Positions 17,775 through 26,333 of a DNA stretch of 40,512 nucleotides are shown in pieces. A program made the position numbers and the translations under genes. Source of the stretch: a virus (lineage: Duplodnaviria; Caudoviricetes). The notes under the pieces were generated by a model. The model had not been told where the DNA came from. It saw only the letters and a list, made by a program, of their open reading frames with translations, and searched no databases. Where the stretch lies: IMG/VR virus record IMGVR_UViG_3300014613_000044, positions 1 to 40,512 of that record; one strand, written 5' to 3'. Positions within the stretch are counted from its first letter, which is position 1, and each line of letters opens with the position of its first letter.

Positions 17775-20537
17775 ATGAAAGGACAAGGACGAGTTCTAAC
17801 GATCGCGGTGCTGCTGGTGTTGCTGGCGGGGTGTGTAGTGTGGCCGCAGCGGCCGCAGTATCAGGAGATGTCGGCGAGCGGGTATCTGTTTCTCTTGGAG
17901 GATGGCGAGGGGACTACGCAGTTCAGCGTGGATGACGACGGGGACGTCTATGCGGCTGGGGGGCTGGATTTTGATGGCGTGCTGGACGTGGACGGTGATG
18001 TTGACCTGGACAATGTGAGTGTCTCAGGTACGCTGGATGTGACCGGGGTGGCGACGTTGGACGGCGGGGCGGATCTGAACGGGACCACGTTGACGGTGGA
18101 CGCGGATGCGGACACGACACTGGTGGCGTCGGACGATGACGTGGTCAGTATGACCCTCGGGGCGGGCGCAGGGTATTTCAATGTGTTGACCGGGAACCTG
18201 AAGGTGGGGGATGGGGATCCAGATGGCACACTCAATGGGGAGGATGTATATGTCGAGGGATTCCTAGAGGTGGACGGGGCGGTGGATCTGGATTCGACAT
18301 TGGATGTGGCGAGCACGCTGGCGGTGGCCGGGAACATCTCCGACGGCGACAGCGCGGTGACGTTCGCGGATAACGTTCTCATCGACGGGGCGACAGATGT
18401 CATCCAGATGACGGTACAGGGGAATGATACACAGACCTCTGCCACTGAGCTGTTTGTGGTGGAGGACTCGACCACGGCTGACCTCTTTTGGGTAACGGCT
18501 ACTGGGGATATGGAATTGAATGGAACGACTCCAACGTTTACCCTTGGAGATGCTGACGAGGAGGATTTCGGTCTCGTCTTCGATGGGGCAGCGCAGGACT
18601 TTTACGCAGGGATATACGACACCGACGATGACTTCCAGATCGGCCTGGGCTCGGCGTTGGGTACTACACCGATCATCGTCTTGGACGAGAATCAGAACGT
18701 GGGGCTGGGGGCGGCGAGTGCAGCCGCGAAGCTGGATGTGACCGGGAATCAGATGATCGATGGTGACACGGACGAGCAGCAGCTCGTTGTCCAGGGCCAC
18801 AGCACACAGACCTCGGCCACGGAACTGTTTGTGGTGGAGGATTCGACCACGGCTGATCTCTTCTTCGTCACGGCAACCGGTGACATGGAACTCAATGGCA
18901 CCACGCCCACGTTCACCGTTGGCGACAGTGACGACGAAGACACCGGGGTGGTGTTCGATGCTGGTCAGCAAGACTTCTACATGGGCGTCTATGACACCGC
19001 TGATGATCTGATCATCGGGTATGGCACTGCAATTGGCACCACAGGCGTCGTCTACATCGACGAGAACCAGGACGTAGGGCTTGGCGCTGCGAGTGCAGGT
19101 TCCAAGCTCGCCGTAACTGGCAATGTGCTGGTTGATGGCGACGCCGATGAACAACAGTTGGTGGTTCAAGGCAATGCTACTCAGACTACCGAGGAACTGT
19201 TCGTGGTAGAGGATTCGACCGAGGCGGACCTGTTCTGGGTCACCGCCACTGGTGACATGGAACTGAATGGAACCTCTCCCCACCTGACGCTTGGCGATGC
19301 TGGGGAAGAGGAAACCGGGGTCATCTTCGATGGGGCAGCGCAGGACTTCTATGCGGGTATCTATGACACTGACGATGACTTCCAGATCGGCCTGGGCTCG
19401 GCGTTGGGTACTACAGCGATCATCGTCCTAGACGAGAATCAGAACGTGGGGCTGGGTGCGGCGAGTGCAGCCGCGAAGTTGGACGTGACCGGGAATCAGA
19501 TGATCGACGGCGACACGGACGAGATACAGTTGACAATCCAGGGCCATAGCACACAGGGAGCCGGGCTTCTGGTCCTGGAAGGGTCGGACGAGACTGACAT
19601 CGTTGTCTTTAGCGAGCCGCCGGCGGCTGCTGGGTCGGGCGATCTGATAGATGTGACGGATACGTTCGTGATCCAGGATGGCACGGACCATCTGATCGGG
19701 ATGGACGTCAATCTGACTGGGGCAAATCACACCGGGGCGGATAACACGCTGACCGGGATTGACCTGAGTTTGATTACGGAGGATGCGCAGTGCACAGAGG
19801 TGGCGATCGACGTCTCGGATACGAGTTGGGACGTGGCGATCGAGGCGGCGGATGTGCCGATCGTGTCGACCGCGGCCGAGTGGATGGAGGATTTCTGGGG
19901 CGATACGATCCACGGTGAGCTGGTGAATGTGGAGGGCACCGATCCGCAGGTCGTGGCGCTGGCGTTGGCGCAGGAACAGTATGGTGTAGGCACTATGGTC
20001 TCTGGTGACGATAATTCGGGGGGCTGTGCAGCCTCCTGCGCGGGGATGTCGTTGGGTTTGCACTGGAGCGCCGCTCAAGGCGGCCTCATCTTTGAGACTC
20101 GATTGCATCTTGACACGTCGATTGCCGATACGGTGATCTGCGCCGGGCTCAGTGATAGCCTCGCGTTGGTGATGCCAGCGACGATCGCTGGCGCGAACTA
20201 CACGACTAATGCTGCCGATGGTGCCTTTTTCTGCTATGACACGGCAGCAGACACCGACGAATGGCACGCGATTGCAGTGGATACCAACGTGGATGCGACC
20301 GGTATCGGTGCGACGGGTGAAGCTCCTGCGTTCGATACGTACCAGGTGCTGCGCATCGAGATCGACGCGGGCGGTGCGGATGCCAAGTTCTACATCGACG
20401 GGACGTTGGTGAAGACGCTGACTGCAAGCGTGGTCACGCCAGCGGTGCTTCTCAGTCCAGTGGTGGTGATCGATACTAACGCAGACGCCAGCAAAACAGT
20501 GGATATCGATTACGTCTACGTCACGGCCAGGAGGTAG
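17775..20537 (+). CDS. 920-aa Asp-rich fibre-repeat protein with lipoprotein signal peptide
   Basis: MKGQGRVLTIAVLLVLLAGC lipobox; three ~125-aa repeats containing NVGLG...AKLDVTG; lectin-like beta C-terminus. Confidence 0.75.
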   Translation: MKGQGRVLTIAVLLVLLAGCVVWPQRPQYQEMSASGYLFLLEDGEGTTQFSVDDDGDVYAAGGLDFDGVLDVDGDVDLDNVSVSGTLDVTGVATLDGGADLNGTTLTVDADADTTLVASDDDVVSMTLGAGAGYFNVLTGNLKVGDGDPDGTLNGEDVYVEGFLEVDGAVDLDSTLDVASTLAVAGNISDGDSAVTFADNVLIDGATDVIQMTVQGNDTQTSATELFVVEDSTTADLFWVTATGDMELNGTTPTFTLGDADEEDFGLVFDGAAQDFYAGIYDTDDDFQIGLGSALGTTPIIVLDENQNVGLGAASAAAKLDVTGNQMIDGDTDEQQLVVQGHSTQTSATELFVVEDSTTADLFFVTATGDMELNGTTPTFTVGDSDDEDTGVVFDAGQQDFYMGVYDTADDLIIGYGTAIGTTGVVYIDENQDVGLGAASAGSKLAVTGNVLVDGDADEQQLVVQGNATQTTEELFVVEDSTEADLFWVTATGDMELNGTSPHLTLGDAGEEETGVIFDGAAQDFYAGIYDTDDDFQIGLGSALGTTAIIVLDENQNVGLGAASAAAKLDVTGNQMIDGDTDEIQLTIQGHSTQGAGLLVLEGSDETDIVVFSEPPAAAGSGDLIDVTDTFVIQDGTDHLIGMDVNLTGANHTGADNTLTGIDLSLITEDAQCTEVAIDVSDTSWDVAIEAADVPIVSTAAEWMEDFWGDTIHGELVNVEGTDPQVVALALAQEQYGVGTMVSGDDNSGGCAASCAGMSLGLHWSAAQGGLIFETRLHLDTSIADTVICAGLSDSLALVMPATIAGANYTTNAADGAFFCYDTAADTDEWHAIAVDTNVDATGIGATGEAPAFDTYQVLRIEIDAGGADAKFYIDGTLVKTLTASVVTPAVLLSPVVVIDTNADASKTVDIDYVYVTARR
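18370..19560 (+). repeat. Three ~375-bp intragenic tandem repeats
   Basis: ELFVVEDST.ADLF.VTATGDMELNGT recurs near 18447, 18822 and 19194. Confidence 0.9.
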
Positions 20538-20540
20538 GCG

Positions 20541-20876
20541 ATGGCGCAAAGATACCGGGTGAGGCTCAAGGAAGACTGGCGCTGGGGGGCGGCGCAGGTG
20601 GCCGGGCGGGAGTTTACGAAGGCAGGGGTGGAGCTCCCGGAGGCGGAGCTCTCGGAGGAGATCCGCGAGTCGCCGTTGCTGGAGATTACGCGGATTGCAG
20701 GACAGGACGGATCGGAGGATCCCATCAGTGAAGGTGTGCAGGCGACGGATGCGGCAATCCGATTGGCGGAGGTGTGGGAGATTCCGCTGGGGTCGATCGT
20801 CGGGACGGGGGCGGGGGGGCGGGTGACGAAGCGGGACGTCGAGAGGGCGCTGGGCGAGGAGGCGGGGGATGGTTGA
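20541..20876 (+). CDS. Small protein with E3-binding (peripheral subunit-binding) domain
   Basis: ATDAAIRLAEVWEIPLGSIVGTGAGGRVTKRDVERA matches the PSBD pattern. Confidence 0.8.
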   Translation: MAQRYRVRLKEDWRWGAAQVAGREFTKAGVELPEAELSEEIRESPLLEITRIAGQDGSEDPISEGVQATDAAIRLAEVWEIPLGSIVGTGAGGRVTKRDVERALGEEAGDG

Positions 20877-21246
20877 AGTACACAAGATCACGGTCACCAC
20901 GACGGGGAGCAACGGCGCGGCAACGGGGACCGGGTACAGCACGCGGGGCGTGAACGGCGAGGTGCGGGCGCTGTACGTGGACTGGGGCGCGACGGCACCG
21001 GGGACGTCGGACGTCGACGTGGTGGTGGAGAGCGATGACAACCGGCCGGAGGTGGCGCTGTACTCGAAGGATGACAGCGTGGCGGATGCGTGGGTGTATC
21101 CGAAGGTGCAGAGTACGGGCACCGATGGCGTCGTGATCTCGGCGGAGTATCAGCATCCGCTGGCGAATGGGCGGCTCAAGGTCAGCGTGGCGGAGTCGAA
21201 TGCGCTGACGACGGCGGTGACGGTGTACGCGTTCGTGTGGAGGTAG
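20869..21246 (+). CDS. Putative virion beta-rich protein
   Basis: Thr/Val-rich ORF in the structural operon. Confidence 0.65.
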   Translation: MVEVHKITVTTTGSNGAATGTGYSTRGVNGEVRALYVDWGATAPGTSDVDVVVESDDNRPEVALYSKDDSVADAWVYPKVQSTGTDGVVISAEYQHPLANGRLKVSVAESNALTTAVTVYAFVWR

Positions 21247-21247
21247 T

Positions 21248-21721
21248 GTGGCGATCGGTGATAACTCGTATGGCAGCGTGGCGGAAGTGGAGACACTGGT
21301 CGGGCGGTACACGGCGGACGGGGTTTTCTCTACTGCGACCAGGCCGACGGCGACGCAGGTGGAAAAGTTCATCGACCGGGTGAGCGCGGTGGTGAACGTG
21401 CTCCTGGCGGAGGCGGGGTTCGCGATCCCGGTCAGCCAGGCGGATGCGAAGCTGGCGCTGGACGATTTCGTGGTGGAACAGGCGGCGCTGTTGTGCCACG
21501 CGGCGAACGGGGCCGGGCCCTATGCGCCCGGGTCGGAGTCGCTGCGCGGGTCGCCGATGAAGGTGGTGCTGCGCGAGGCGGAGGCGTTCATCGGCGAGCA
21601 CGCGGTGGGGTTGGAGTTTCTGGGGGCGACGAGGGACCGGGCGTCGACGTACGGGCTGCAGTGCCGGGAGGAGGACGACGGCGGGGATGAGTTGGTGCCA
21701 GCGTTTCCGATGGAGGTTTGA
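21248..21721 (+). CDS. Putative head-tail adaptor
   Basis: YGSVAEVE N-terminal motif, helical, synteny. Confidence 0.65.
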   Translation: MAIGDNSYGSVAEVETLVGRYTADGVFSTATRPTATQVEKFIDRVSAVVNVLLAEAGFAIPVSQADAKLALDDFVVEQAALLCHAANGAGPYAPGSESLRGSPMKVVLREAEAFIGEHAVGLEFLGATRDRASTYGLQCREEDDGGDELVPAFPMEV

Positions 21722-21858
21722 CACGGATTAGGGATGGGTGAGTTCTGCAGCAGAAGTCGCGCTGTAGGAGGCTCTGGGAGCGCGCTGGGGGCGAAATTCG
21801 CGGGGAAATCGGGGGTTTCGCGCAGAGAATGGCTCCTGGAGCACGAAATAAGGAGGCA

Positions 21859-22053
21859 ATGATGGCGAAGCAGAATAGGGACTATATTTTGCACGTCAGG
21901 CTTACTAGAACCGAACGTCAAATGCTTGCCAAGGCTGCAAAGAGAGAAGGAATTTCACAATCAAGGTTGGTGAGGCGAGTATTGGCTCAAATGGGTTCTT
22001 CGCAGGTAGAACCTGAGCCGCAACCACTGGGGCGTCTGATCCGTGGGCGATAG
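21859..22053 (+). CDS. CopG/MobC-like ribbon-helix-helix protein
   Basis: ILHVRLTRTERQMLAKAAKREGISQSRLVRRVL; AAGGAGG RBS; lower GC than its neighbours. Confidence 0.75.
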   Translation: MMAKQNRDYILHVRLTRTERQMLAKAAKREGISQSRLVRRVLAQMGSSQVEPEPQPLGRLIRGR

Positions 22054-22495
22054 TGCGATTCAGGGGTATATACAGGCGCTGATCCAGGCGGATAGCAATT
22101 TCGCCGATGCGGATGTGACGCTGGGGGATTTCCGGGTGTTGGATTCGGGGAGCCCTCCGTATGCGATCATCTTGCCCGGGTCGATCGAGGCCAGGCGCAG
22201 CGGGGACTGGTCGCAGGTGCAGTTTATCTGGGAACACGTGGTCGAGGTGTTCGAGCGGTTCTTGGGCGATGACTATGCGGATTTCGTCACGGCGCGGCAG
22301 GCGGTGGTGGATGTGATCGCGGAGAATCCGACGCTGGGGGGGAATGCGGGGATCTCGAACGCGCTGGTGACGAGGGCGACGTCGCCTTTGTATCTGTATC
22401 CCTCGGAGGGAGATCTACCGGCGTTTGTGTTTAGTCGATTGACTGTCAGGACTGTGGAGGAGGTGCTGTATGCAGGAGCCGGAGAGTTTGCCTGA
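22043..22495 (+). CDS. Putative tail terminator/completion protein
   Basis: ENPTLGG motif, 150 aa, synteny. Confidence 0.6.
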   Translation: MGDSAIQGYIQALIQADSNFADADVTLGDFRVLDSGSPPYAIILPGSIEARRSGDWSQVQFIWEHVVEVFERFLGDDYADFVTARQAVVDVIAENPTLGGNAGISNALVTRATSPLYLYPSEGDLPAFVFSRLTVRTVEEVLYAGAGEFA

Positions 22496-22769
22496 CGAGG
22501 AGAACGCGGATTCCAGGACGGGGACGGATGAGGAGGAGGAGGAGCCGGTCAGCCGGATTGTGATCGAGTTTGGCGGGCTGGGGAAGGCGGATGTGGTGCG
22601 GGCGGATTTCGAGAATATCAGCCTGGGCCAGATGATGGTGTTCGTCCGTTATGCCGAATGGCAGTGCCAGAACGCAATCAGGCAGTACGAGGCGGACCGG
22701 CGGGCCGAGGCGGAGCGGCGGGCAAAGTTGCAGCAGATCATTGTGCCAGGGATGGGGTTGGTGCAGTGA
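22470..22769 (+). CDS. Hypothetical protein, start uncertain
   Basis: ORF fills the gap; its N-terminus is encoded by a boundary repeat. Confidence 0.55.
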   Translation: MQEPESLPDEENADSRTGTDEEEEEPVSRIVIEFGGLGKADVVRADFENISLGQMMVFVRYAEWQCQNAIRQYEADRRAEAERRAKLQQIIVPGMGLVQ

Positions 22770-22773
22770 AGAG

Positions 22774-22801
22774 GGGAGTAGGGAGTAGGGAGTAGGGAGT
22801 A
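22774..22801 (+). repeat. GGGAGTA x4 heptamer running into the start codon
   Basis: Four perfect copies; the last A is the A of ATG 22801. Confidence 0.85.
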
Positions 22802-23949
22802 TGCTGACGGAGAGATTGGCGCTGCTGGAGCAGCATATTCCTGCCTTGTGGGAGGGGCGGGGGCGGCGGTTGTTGTACGTGGGGGCGGCGCCCGGGCGGT
22901 TTCAGTGTGGGGCGGAGTTGGCCCGGGCCGGGTATGAGCTCACGGTGCTGGAGATCTGGCCAGCGTACGCGCAGGTGTACGAGGAGCATCCCGACGTGGC
23001 GCGGGTGGTGGTGGGGGATGTGCGGGAGGTCTCGCTGGGCGAGCGGTACGATGTCGTGTTCTGGTGGCACGGGCCGGAGCACGTGGAGCGGGCGGAGGTG
23101 GGGCTGACGCTGCGGAAGCTGGAGGCGCTGGCCGACCTGGTGGTGATCGGGTGTCCCTGGGGGCGGTATGCGCAGGAGGCGGCGGACGGGAATCCGTACC
23201 AGGCGCATCGATGCAGTCTCTATCCAGGTGAGTTCCGCCACTGGGGCTACCGTGTGGTCGTGGACGGGCAGCGGGATTGTCGGGGCTCGTCCATCATCGC
23301 CTGGAAGCAGCGCGGGGTGGAGCTGCCCAATGTGATCGGGGTGATCGCGGCGTTCCAGGAGGAGGTAATGCTGCCGGGCTGTCTGGAGAGCCTGCAGGGG
23401 CAGGTGAGCCGGGTCGTGGTGGTGGATGGTGCATACGAGCATTTTCCGTGCGAGGAGCCGGTGAGCACGGATGCGACGCGGGAGATCGCGCTGGCCTACG
23501 GCGCGGAGTGGATCGATCCGCCAGAGGATGAGGAGGGGTATCCGATGGCGTGGGCTGACCAGGTCGCCAAGCGCAGCGCGTATTTCGTGGGTCAGGAAGG
23601 GGACTGGTATTTCCACATTGATGCGGATGAGCGGGTGGTGGGGTGCCTGCCGGTGCCAGAGGACGGGCGGCATTATGTGTTCCAGATTTTCACGCGGGAG
23701 ATGCACAACTCGTGGGTGCCGCGATTGTGGCAGCATCGGGGGTGGATGCGGTACGAGGGCAGCCACAATGCGGTGTGGTCGGATGACCGGCTGATCCATC
23801 TCAAGGGGGCGGTGCACGTGGAGCCGGATGACTGCCGCTTCCTGCACCTGGCGCATCTGCGGCACGAGGATCGGCAACGCGACAAGAGGGAATATTATGC
23901 CTGGAAATGGCCTGCCGAAATGGGTTATCGCCGCGCACACGGTATATAG
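22801..23949 (+). CDS. Class I SAM-methyltransferase fused to a GT2 glycosyltransferase
   Basis: LLYVGAAPG, VLEIW, VGDVRE, YDVVF (MTase). AAFQEEVMLPGCLESL, VVVVDG, STDATREIA, HIDADE (GT-A DxD). Confidence 0.8.
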   Translation: MLTERLALLEQHIPALWEGRGRRLLYVGAAPGRFQCGAELARAGYELTVLEIWPAYAQVYEEHPDVARVVVGDVREVSLGERYDVVFWWHGPEHVERAEVGLTLRKLEALADLVVIGCPWGRYAQEAADGNPYQAHRCSLYPGEFRHWGYRVVVDGQRDCRGSSIIAWKQRGVELPNVIGVIAAFQEEVMLPGCLESLQGQVSRVVVVDGAYEHFPCEEPVSTDATREIALAYGAEWIDPPEDEEGYPMAWADQVAKRSAYFVGQEGDWYFHIDADERVVGCLPVPEDGRHYVFQIFTREMHNSWVPRLWQHRGWMRYEGSHNAVWSDDRLIHLKGAVHVEPDDCRFLHLAHLRHEDRQRDKREYYAWKWPAEMGYRRAHGI

Positions 23950-24220
23950 GTACATCGGGAAGGGGCGGTATCTGATGGCGGTCCCGGCGCGGGACCTGAC
24001 GGCGGCGGATCTGGCGGACGTGCAGGAGCGCGAAGGTATCACCCGGGCGACGATCGAGGCGTCGGGGATCTATGAGCCGGTCAGGCTGGTGGAGGTCGCG
24101 CCGTTCTGTGGAGCGGCGCTGGAGGATGGGGGGCGGTGTTGGGAGCCGGTGGCGCGGTGGGGCGATCGGTGCGGAAAACACGGCAGGGTAGAACACGGAT
24201 TACAGGACAGGGACGGATAG
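23897..24220 (+). CDS. Hypothetical protein with C-terminal Cys/His motif
   Basis: VPARDLT, then C-x8-C-x9-C-x2-H. Confidence 0.6.
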   Translation: MPGNGLPKWVIAAHTVYRYIGKGRYLMAVPARDLTAADLADVQEREGITRATIEASGIYEPVRLVEVAPFCGAALEDGGRCWEPVARWGDRCGKHGRVEHGLQDRDG

Positions 24221-24234
24221 GATAGGAGGTTGCG

Positions 24235-25272
24235 ATGACGATTGGACTTAAGGCGTTTCGGAAGATTCAGGCGGGGAGTGAGGGTGCGACGCCGGGGGTG
24301 GCGGTGGATGCGACGGAGATCCTGTACGGGACACTCAGCACGTATGAGAGTGGCGAGGTGTTGCACCAGCCGGAGGAGGATCGGAACAGCCTGGCGCGGC
24401 ATATGGCGGATGATGAGTTCGTGGGGAAGGAGGCCAAAATCGTGTGGACAGGTGACCTGAACCACCGGCACGCGAATTGGCTGTTGTCGATGGCGATCCG
24501 GGGGAACGTGTCGCCATCACACCCGGATCCGACGAATGAGCCGAACGCATACCTGTGGACGTACGCGCCGACGCTGACGGCGGCGAACACACCAGACATT
24601 GCCAATGGGATCGAGACGTACACGTTCGAATACGGGGACAATCTGCAGGCCTACGAGATCGAGTACTGTTTCGCCACGAAGCTGGAGATCTCGGGGGCGC
24701 CCAACGAGCCGTGTAAGTATAGCTGCGACATCAGCGGGCGGCAGCGGAGTGATGCGGATTTCACGGGCAGTTTGACGGCGCAGTCGGTTCAACTGTTCCC
24801 CTTCAATCTGACGACCTTCTGGGTCGACGACACCGGGGCGGCCATCGGAACGCACCAAAAGACGGGGCTCTTGCGGGCGTTTACGTGGAGCCTCGATACT
24901 ATGTTCCGGGCGTTCTACACGGCGGACGGCAACCTGTACTTTGCCAGCGTTGCGGAGGACCGGAAGAGTGTGGAGTTGACGCTGACGTACGTGCGGAACA
25001 CGGACGCAGACACGGAGCGGACGGCGTACGAGAACCGCACGACCAAGTTCCTGCGGATCAAGCTGTTCGGCCAGACAGAGATGGACAGCGAGCAGAGCAA
25101 TGTGCCGTACCTGGTGCTGGATCAGGCGGTGCGGTATCGCGCCTGGCCGACGTTCGGGGACCAGGACGGCCTGGCGACGGTGCAGGTGAAGGCGGACGCG
25201 GTGTACGATTCAGATTATGCGAAGATGTTCGAGGCGGCATTGTTCACGGATCTGAGCACCTGGCCGACGTAA
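24235..25272 (+). CDS. Major tail tube protein
   Basis: 345 aa, beta-rich, upstream of chaperone and tape measure; strong RBS. Confidence 0.75.
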   Translation: MTIGLKAFRKIQAGSEGATPGVAVDATEILYGTLSTYESGEVLHQPEEDRNSLARHMADDEFVGKEAKIVWTGDLNHRHANWLLSMAIRGNVSPSHPDPTNEPNAYLWTYAPTLTAANTPDIANGIETYTFEYGDNLQAYEIEYCFATKLEISGAPNEPCKYSCDISGRQRSDADFTGSLTAQSVQLFPFNLTTFWVDDTGAAIGTHQKTGLLRAFTWSLDTMFRAFYTADGNLYFASVAEDRKSVELTLTYVRNTDADTERTAYENRTTKFLRIKLFGQTEMDSEQSNVPYLVLDQAVRYRAWPTFGDQDGLATVQVKADAVYDSDYAKMFEAALFTDLSTWPT

Positions 25273-25276
25273 CCAT

Positions 25277-25322
25277 AGTCGCGACGGACGAAAAAATATT
25301 TTCTTTTTGTCCGTCGCGACTA
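25277..25322. terminator. Long hairpin after the tail tube gene
   Basis: TAGTCGCGACGGAC...GTCCGTCGCGACTA perfect 14-bp arms around an A/T-rich core. Confidence 0.6.
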
Positions 25323-25325
25323 GTA

Positions 25326-25368
25326 GACCAGGTGTTCTATTGACGCAGGGTGCGGATTGTGGTAAAAT
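25326..25368 (+). promoter_or_regulatory. Sigma70-type promoter with near-LexA box upstream
   Basis: GACC-AGGT-GTTC 25326-25337; TTGACG 25340-25345, 17 bp, TGn-TAAAAT 25363-25368. Confidence 0.75.
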
Positions 25369-25375
25369 GTTTTCA

Positions 25376-25556
25376 GAGACAGCATCTCTTTACGCAGGAG
25401 GGCCTTTTTTGTGCCTTCTGCTGGACGTGAACAACACTGTGTATCGTTGTGGTCAAAGTGCCACGGTGGATGGGTTGCCCCTCCGAGAGATGCTGTCTCC
25501 AGGAAGGCACTGCCACCGTGGCACTTTGCCGTTCACTCGGAAAAAGGAGACAGCAA
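25376..25556 (+). ncRNA. Structured RNA leader / C4-like antisense cassette 2
   Basis: 16-bp IR 25454-25469/25513-25528. Loop 25479-25510 is complementary to upstream 25376-25418 and to the RBS 25546-25555. Confidence 0.7.
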
Positions 25557-25796
25557 ATGAACGAGGAAGACAGGCAATTGATCGAGGAAGCCAGGGCAAC
25601 CGAGGCAAAATTGCATCAGGCGATCCTGGCACGGGTATCGACAGAGGTCGCCGATATGCTCGAGCTGCAGGAGCGATTGGCAAGCACGACGTCGATGGTG
25701 ATAGGCGAGCGTCTGCCGCCGCTGGGGTTCAAACCGAGCGAGGGGATGCTGGCGTTGCAGAGGGACGTCGGGAAGGCGCACGAGCTGTTGGGCTGA
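25557..25796 (+). CDS. Small hypothetical protein (moron) under control of cassette 2
   Basis: AAGGAG RBS, ATG 25557; own promoter and terminator. Confidence 0.75.
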   Translation: MNEEDRQLIEEARATEAKLHQAILARVSTEVADMLELQERLASTTSMVIGERLPPLGFKPSEGMLALQRDVGKAHELLG

Positions 25797-25816
25797 CAGC
25801 GGCGATCATCGAACAG

Positions 25817-25860
25817 AAGCGGCGTGGGGGGGGGAGCTCCCCTGCGCCGCTTTTTGTTTG
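25817..25860 (+). terminator. Intrinsic terminator of the moron
   Basis: AAGCGGCG...CGCCGCTTTTTGTTT. Confidence 0.7.
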
Positions 25861-25910
25861 GTGGGGGGATGACGCGGATTTCAGGACAGAAACGGATTGG
25901 GAGGTGGAAG

Positions 25911-26333
25911 ATGCCGAGGTTTGTGGGTGACGAGACGAAGGTGGTGCAGGCGCCGTGGTGGGGTGAGAAGGAGACGGCGACGATCCGGCGGATGAATTAC
26001 GGGGACCGGCAATACCTGGCGGGGCAGGCGGTGCGGGTGGGGATCGCGGGGGAGGATGGGCAGAGGGAGACGATCGGGGAGCTGGCGCTGGGGGAGATGA
26101 ATCTGGCGATCCTGGAGCGGGGGCTGGTGGCGTGGACGGATCCCGATGGGGAGGGGATGCCGGTGACCAGGTCGGCGATCGAGGCACTGGAGGAGGATGA
26201 CGGGGATTTCATCTTGAAGGAGATCCGGGCATTTAACCCGAGGCGCCAGAGGTCGCCTGAAGAGCAGGCGGGGTTTCGAGATCGACCTGGAGGTGGCGAT
26301 CAGGAACGGGACGGGGCTGCCGCTGGATCCTGA
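25911..26333 (+). CDS. Tail assembly chaperone, short form
   Basis: Between tube and tape measure; GGGAGG RBS. Confidence 0.75.
   Translation: MPRFVGDETKVVQAPWWGEKETATIRRMNYGDRQYLAGQAVRVGIAGEDGQRETIGELALGEMNLAILERGLVAWTDPDGEGMPVTRSAIEALEEDDGDFILKEIRAFNPRRQRSPEEQAGFRDRPGGGDQERDGAAAGS

Noticed and set aside
18370-19560. Diversity-generating retroelement TR/VR pair
   Set aside because: No reverse transcriptase in the window; the repeats are in-frame tandem domains and differences are not adenine-specific.
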